Origin: a virus
Lineage: Duplodnaviria > Caudoviricetes
Virus record (IMG/VR): IMGVR_UViG_3300032007_000027
Length of the DNA stretch: 64,000 nt
Strand: one strand, 5' to 3'
Numbering within the stretch: position 1 is the stretch's first letter; each line of letters opens with the position of its first letter. The position numbers and the translations under genes are program-made. Of this stretch, positions 59,005 through 64,000 are shown piece by piece. Under the pieces are notes generated by a model, which was not told the DNA's origin, searched no databases, and saw only the letters and a list, made by a program, of their open reading frames with translations.

Positions 59005-59470
59005 GTTTATTTCCTTTTAAAAATTCACCCCCCCCCCATGGGGAGAGTATTAAAACTTTTTATTTGTATTTATATTTTATTTCAAATTCATTTAAAATTC
59101 ATAGTTTTTCTAACTTTATTTGTGAAAACAATCACAAATTTATTTCAAAAATGTTTACATTAGATCTATAAATTAATAATATTCAAAAATAATATTCAAA
59201 AGGAGTTAAAATGAGTAAAGATTTAAAAAATTTTGCAAAGCAATGTATCTGGGTATTTTTGTTCCTTTTCATCATTGGTTTAATATTTTGCTAGAGGTTT
59301 CACATGGGAGATTTTCTAATGGACGAATTTTTAGATGATGCTGATTTTTATGATTCAGATGATTTTGAAAACAGCGGTTGCATTGTCAATATTTCACGTT
59401 ATAATAATAATATTGATGATGATTTGGATGCTGGAGATGCACCCGAATTTGAATCTGAGGAAAAATAGAG

Positions 59471-59689
59471 ATGTTGTCAAAGAAAGAAAAGATTTTGTAC
59501 TGGCTTTTGTGTCTGCTTGCATCCGGTGCAATCCTTGCAGTAGGTCTTGAACATAAAAAGTACAGACCGGTGTTCAGAAACAACAATGTGACAATTCTGT
59601 GTGTTGAAAATACCACAGGTTCATGTGAAAACATCAGAGTGAAAGACAAAACAAAGGAAGTGAAAAGTGAAACTGGACAAGAGAATTAA
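59471..59689 (+). CDS. small membrane protein
   Basis: N-terminal TM helix; early operon. Confidence 0.55.
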   Translation: MLSKKEKILYWLLCLLASGAILAVGLEHKKYRPVFRNNNVTILCVENTTGSCENIRVKDKTKEVKSETGQEN

Positions 59690-60251
59690 AAGTATTGAAG
59701 ATGTATATTCCGTTGGAAAAGTGTGTTATGAGATTCCGGCACTCAATAAATATATAGGTGAATATGCATATTGCAACAATAATATTGAATCATTTGAAAA
59801 TCTTGCTAATTTAAGAACGTCAAATTATGGCACTTTTGGTGCTGTTTCCGACCAAGATGGACATGTGGATTACGTCATATACAAGAATAACGACAAAACA
59901 AGTCCTATTTACAATCCGCAGTATATTGTCTTTGTACGTGATTTAGAACCGGTGTACCGACCTTTCACCTTGAAAGAATTTGAGGAACATTTTAAGATTG
60001 GTGATACTATCAGATATCAATATAATAAAGATGTTTCAATGTATCGGCATTTAAAAGGTAATCCATTGATCAAAATCGGTCAGATTACAGCATATGAGTA
60101 TGATGCAACGGATATGGATGATTCTTTGAGAGTTTATATTTCCGGTCTTGAAACCCCTTTGAATACCACAGATTTGCTTAACTACATTAAATATCTGCCG
60201 GAAAATGCTCATCGTTGGATACCGTTTGGAATGATTAGTGAGGTTGATTAA
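59667..60251 (+). CDS. hypothetical protein
   Basis: MKLDKRI...YRPFT...WIPFG. Confidence 0.65.
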   Translation: MKLDKRIKSIEDVYSVGKVCYEIPALNKYIGEYAYCNNNIESFENLANLRTSNYGTFGAVSDQDGHVDYVIYKNNDKTSPIYNPQYIVFVRDLEPVYRPFTLKEFEEHFKIGDTIRYQYNKDVSMYRHLKGNPLIKIGQITAYEYDATDMDDSLRVYISGLETPLNTTDLLNYIKYLPENAHRWIPFGMISEVD

Positions 60252-60905
60252 ATGGATTCTAAAATATTTTCTAAAATTGTAAACATTTTGCCAAATTCTT
60301 TCAAAGCAAGATGCAGCCCATTATGTGTATCTGATAGTTCCTTAATGGTCAGTGACGGTATTATCATGGTTAAATACAGTACCGATGAATTGAAAGATAT
60401 TCAATTATCATTATCATATGATGATTTTGTCTATATCAAGAAAAATATTCAAAATGATGTTAAAATCACTGATAAACTGTATCTTACAGATGAAATATGC
60501 TTTAATAATACTAATGATTTATTATTATATAATACATTTTGTAATATATATAATAACATGAAAAAATTTAACATACTTCCTTATGCAGATAAAACAGTTA
60601 AAAACTGTAAATATGTGATTTTCAATAAGAACGGTGCTGTATTTGCGTCTGAAGAACACGAAATCCTAGATGGAATTTCAGTGAATATTAAATTTGATGA
60701 TTTTCCTTATATAATATGTCAATACAAATATTATAAACAGATTATTGATTTGTATAGATATTTCGGATTAGTTCCGACTATGAAATTCAACTCACGCAAA
60801 ATTATTGTTTTTGAAAATGAATTTTTAACGTGCATACTGGCAACGTATTTAACAGATGACCCGAAATGGAATGATGCAACGTATGCCAGCATGACGGATT
60901 GGTAA
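60252..60905 (+). CDS. hypothetical protein
   Basis: 217-aa ORF; its TAA stop is the target of the adjacent TIR end. Confidence 0.65.
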   Translation: MDSKIFSKIVNILPNSFKARCSPLCVSDSSLMVSDGIIMVKYSTDELKDIQLSLSYDDFVYIKKNIQNDVKITDKLYLTDEICFNNTNDLLLYNTFCNIYNNMKKFNILPYADKTVKNCKYVIFNKNGAVFASEEHEILDGISVNIKFDDFPYIICQYKYYKQIIDLYRYFGLVPTMKFNSRKIIVFENEFLTCILATYLTDDPKWNDATYASMTDW

Positions 60906-61083
60906 GGAACTGTCCCTAAATTAAAACAAATTTAGGGACTTTTATAATCCCCCACAAAACCCCACACTTTACGGGGTTGGGCAAGTTCACAAGACATCAT
61001 TTCACCTCCCACGTGGGGAGGCAGCGGATTCTAACCGCTTTATAGCAAACTCACCCAAAAACTTTTTATTTATTTACAATGCC
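60906..61083. mobile_element. composite remnant: TIR-1 left end, PATE-like element (60946-60990), TIR-2 end (61066-61083)
   Basis: Sequence matches to 13082, 5151 and 45485-45502. Confidence 0.75.
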
Positions 61084-61129
61084 TAAAATATATCATATTT
61101 AATAATATTGTCAAGAATTATTAAAAAAA

Positions 61130-61729
61130 TTAATAACCCTCAGATTTCACAGACAAAACAGGATGTATCAATCCGCTGTTATTATCACCGTATGCAAGCG
61201 GTTCAATTTCACTGTAACTGAATGTTACCGGAAATTCTGTTAATTGATCTACCGATGAATCATCAAAATTCACACTTCCGATTGATGATAAAAATACATT
61301 GTTCAAACGTACACCAAATACCGGATTACTCTGCACATCTAATTGATAGATATTCGCATATACCATGTAATCTAGGTTTCCTGCCATGTTACGTCTGATT
61401 GAATCAATGCGTTCAAACCAGTTTGTCATTGATTTTCTTAATGACATATTATTATCATCAATTACAGTACATTCCCATTCACCGCTATTTTCCTGCTCTG
61501 AACGTAATTGAATCTTACGACCTCTGCACCATACTTCCGCTAGGTTTATTCTTCTTTCCGGCAAAGTACTCGATTTTACAAGTATATTAAAAGTTCTACT
61601 GTCAAAACCGTTAATGTTATATCGCATTAACAGTTCAATTCTATAATTGTTCGGTTTTACCGATGATTGTAAAACATGTTTTAAATCATTGACAGTTGTT
61701 ACTAGCTGTCCGTTTGCATTGTATCTCAT
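61130..61729 (-). CDS. tail tube protein family (gp19/gp54-like)
   Basis: LP.R.I....V..RGRKI.L.....GEW..TVIDD....LR....W; F.VTFSY. Confidence 0.8.
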   Translation of the reverse strand: MRYNANGQLVTTVNDLKHVLQSSVKPNNYRIELLMRYNINGFDSRTFNILVKSSTLPERRINLAEVWCRGRKIQLRSEQENSGEWECTVIDDNNMSLRKSMTNWFERIDSIRRNMAGNLDYMVYANIYQLDVQSNPVFGVRLNNVFLSSIGSVNFDDSSVDQLTEFPVTFSYSEIEPLAYGDNNSGLIHPVLSVKSEGY

Positions 61730-61735
61730 ATTTTA

Positions 61736-62551
61736 TCACCAGTTAAATGGATCTTTTTCTGAAATGTCAACTACAGGTTTAATAATTCTGCGGTCTTTAT
61801 TCTTAATCTTCTGTTTCATGGTTTTTGGATTTTCTATAGGTTTACCATGGTTTTCTTCAATAATCTCAGTTCCGGTTTCATCCTCTTTTGATTCTGCAAA
61901 CGGTTCAAATTCAGCTTGATAGTCTTGTTCTTCTTTTTCATTCAACAAGGTATCAAAGTAACCGTCTAAGGAATCAAAAATCTCTTTAACCGAATTGAGT
62001 TCGGCAACATCAACCGGACCGTTGTCTTTAACTTCAACTGTGTTCAGTACCGATTCATTATCAATTTCATCCTGCGCACGTCTTTCGTAAGGTTTCAAGG
62101 TTAATCTGTAAACAGAAACTTGGTCTGAATAAGCCCATAAATTGTTAATCCCCGGAACTTTCTGCTCACAGTCTGAAATTTCCATGATCTGATTAGATGG
62201 AAACACCATCAGATTGCCTGTAAGATTTGTTATATTTAATCCTTCCGGCAAATCCGATGTACTGATATATCCCATGGTGGTATCATAATTATTTAAACCG
62301 AACTCGTTAAATTCATACTGTGATTTATCAATATCCTCTGCATTTTCAGGTAACATATGAATCATAAATGTATCTGAATTGTTGGTTTTAATTGCACTGT
62401 AATCACCAAATACAGATTGATCGAAGTTCACTTTTTGTATTATTACAAATTTGCACGGTATACCATACAAATGAATACACTCTCTAATCATAGAATGATT
62501 TAAGAGATATTCATTTTTGTGTGAAAAATTAAAATTATTGAAGTTAATCAT
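61736..62551 (-). CDS. neck protein (gp14-like)
   Basis: E.I.LYG....F...D.VFGD; ends DPFNW. Confidence 0.75.
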   Translation of the reverse strand: MINFNNFNFSHKNEYLLNHSMIRECIHLYGIPCKFVIIQKVNFDQSVFGDYSAIKTNNSDTFMIHMLPENAEDIDKSQYEFNEFGLNNYDTTMGYISTSDLPEGLNITNLTGNLMVFPSNQIMEISDCEQKVPGINNLWAYSDQVSVYRLTLKPYERRAQDEIDNESVLNTVEVKDNGPVDVAELNSVKEIFDSLDGYFDTLLNEKEEQDYQAEFEPFAESKEDETGTEIIEENHGKPIENPKTMKQKIKNKDRRIIKPVVDISEKDPFNW

Positions 62552-62607
62552 ATATATAATTCCTCTATATAAATATTTATAATATTTTTAAAAAAAGAGG
62601 TTTAAAA

Positions 62608-62919
62608 ATGAAAATATTTATAAGTTCGCCAATGAAAAATCTTACAGAAGAACAAATTCGCAAGAACCGTGAGGAAGCAATCGTTGAAATTAAAAAACGT
62701 TTTGGTAATGAAAAGTTTGAAATCATCGATTCTTACTTTAGAGAATACACATTAAAAGATGCTTCAGTAAATACTACTATTTATTGCCTAGGCAGAGCAA
62801 TTCTTAAACTTTCCGATGCTGATTTGGTAGTATTTGCAAAAGGCTGGGAAACAGCACGGGGCTGCAAAGTGGAATATCTGATTGCATCAGAATATGGACT
62901 TGATATAATGATGTTATAA
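62608..62919 (+). CDS. DUF4406 / nucleoside deoxyribosyltransferase-like protein
   Basis: KIFISSPM...GWETARGCKVE. Confidence 0.8.
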   Translation: MKIFISSPMKNLTEEQIRKNREEAIVEIKKRFGNEKFEIIDSYFREYTLKDASVNTTIYCLGRAILKLSDADLVVFAKGWETARGCKVEYLIASEYGLDIMML

Positions 62920-62975
62920 TCATTTGTAAAGCTGTATAATTTTATATACAGCTTTTGCTGTAAAGGTGTATTGAT

Positions 62976-63434
62976 ATGCCAAAAGAACTCGATATTGACA
63001 TCTATGATTTTGCAGCCTACATAGCCAAACTGTGTGCTATGAAAAATTACTTTGTGAATTTGACTAAACTTCAAAAATTGATGTACTGTGCGTATGGTGC
63101 AGTATTAGTATCTTCAGATACAAGGATTTGCAAGGAACATCCTAGAGCATATCCCCACGGTCCGGTTTTTCCAAAGCTTTATAATTACGCAAAGAACCAT
63201 CATTTTGACTTCATTGATGCACTTTTAAATAGAAAAGAAAATGTAGAAAACAATCTCACAGATCCACAAATCAAAGTTATTGATGCTGTTATAAACTTTT
63301 TCGGAAAGTATAATGCCGGTGAACTTGTTGCTTGGTCACAACATCCTAACGGTGCATGGTTTAAAAGCAGTAAAATGGATCAAATCTCAGATGATTTGAT
63401 TATTGAATACTTTAAAACATTGATTAAAAATTAG
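62976..63434 (+). CDS. Panacea (DUF4065/SocA-like) antitoxin domain protein
   Basis: LTKLQKLMY..YG, AYPHGPVFP.LY, L...S.H....W. Confidence 0.88.
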   Translation: MPKELDIDIYDFAAYIAKLCAMKNYFVNLTKLQKLMYCAYGAVLVSSDTRICKEHPRAYPHGPVFPKLYNYAKNHHFDFIDALLNRKENVENNLTDPQIKVIDAVINFFGKYNAGELVAWSQHPNGAWFKSSKMDQISDDLIIEYFKTLIKN

Positions 63435-63503
63435 CTATGTTGTTTAACAACATAGCTAAACATTTTTAGCTATTCACTGCATCGGCTTGAAATTGAAATA
63501 ATG

Positions 63504-63998
63504 CTACCATAACTCACCATTCTCTTTTAATTCATTTGAAAAGTAATAATCCGGTATTTCAGAAACTTTGATATTTTTAGACTCTAAAATTTGCTTTTGA
63601 TTTGAATCTAACAATATTGTTGATGATATATAAATCTCTTTAAGATTTGGGTTCTTGTTTATAATCGTGATAAGATCACTTAAATCTGCATCATTTAATA
63701 TCATTTTATAATAGTCATCATCTATATTATGATGTGTTTCCAACTGTATTAACTCTTTGATATGATCCTGTAACTTATCGCATAAAGTAACTTCATTAAC
63801 TCCAGAATTTGGACTTATTTGTTGATTAGTTTGTGTTTGATTTTGATTAGAGTTTTTGGGTATAAAATCGGTCTTGTAGTATTTAAGATTTGCTGGGATA
63901 CCATTATATATTTTATAATCTTTTGTACTAGCTATAAGTTGAACTCTATTGTCACTCGTGATTTTGATTTTATAATTAGAATATTCTTGTTTTTGAAT
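63504..63998 (-). CDS. 3' part of a hypothetical protein running off the window
   Basis: Frame stays open to the window end. Confidence 0.6.
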   Translation of the reverse strand: MQKQEYSNYKIKITSDNRVQLIASTKDYKIYNGIPANLKYYKTDFIPKNSNQNQTQTNQQISPNSGVNEVTLCDKLQDHIKELIQLETHHNIDDDYYKMILNDADLSDLITIINKNPNLKEIYISSTILLDSNQKQILESKNIKVSEIPDYYFSNELKENGELW

Positions 63999-64000
63999 AA

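Overview
AT-rich fragment of a large T4-like myovirus genome. T4-type core genes are present but scattered (gp3, gp15, gp53, a gp23/24-like paralogue, gp48, fused gp47-gp46, gp5, topoisomerase II, a gp27-like hub, UvsW, gp45, gp32, DsbA, gp19, gp14), with TATAAATA late promoters and sigma70-like promoters. An embedded Rz/Rz1 spanin pair indicates a Gram-negative host. Many CRP-like boxes suggest a gammaproteobacterium (inference). The window holds 7 canonical tRNAs and 2 tRNA-like RNAs with remodelled anticodon arms. The accessory content is unusually rich: (1) two paralogous tail-fibre genes, each with two tandem poly-G tracts and each currently frameshifted at a different tract; (2) four arrays of a ~128-bp palindrome-bearing repeat, two per orientation; (3) a 4.4-kb IS1595-family transposon with a dead transposase carrying a BcgI-like Type IIB R-M system; (4) two TnpB-like genes inside terminal-inverted-repeat elements with no transposase; (5) an orphan HEARO/omega-RNA element and three ~45-bp relatives; (6) five covarying H-type pseudoknot repeats in a tRNA operon, architecturally like type III TA antitoxin RNAs; (7) a tandem riboswitch-like leader with an attenuator; (8) a ParM-like actin; (9) an orphan Panacea antitoxin whose RBS and start codon match the IS1595 TIR; (10) tiny collapsed-TIR hairpins sitting where terminators would be. 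All calls come from reading motifs by eye; no database searches were run.
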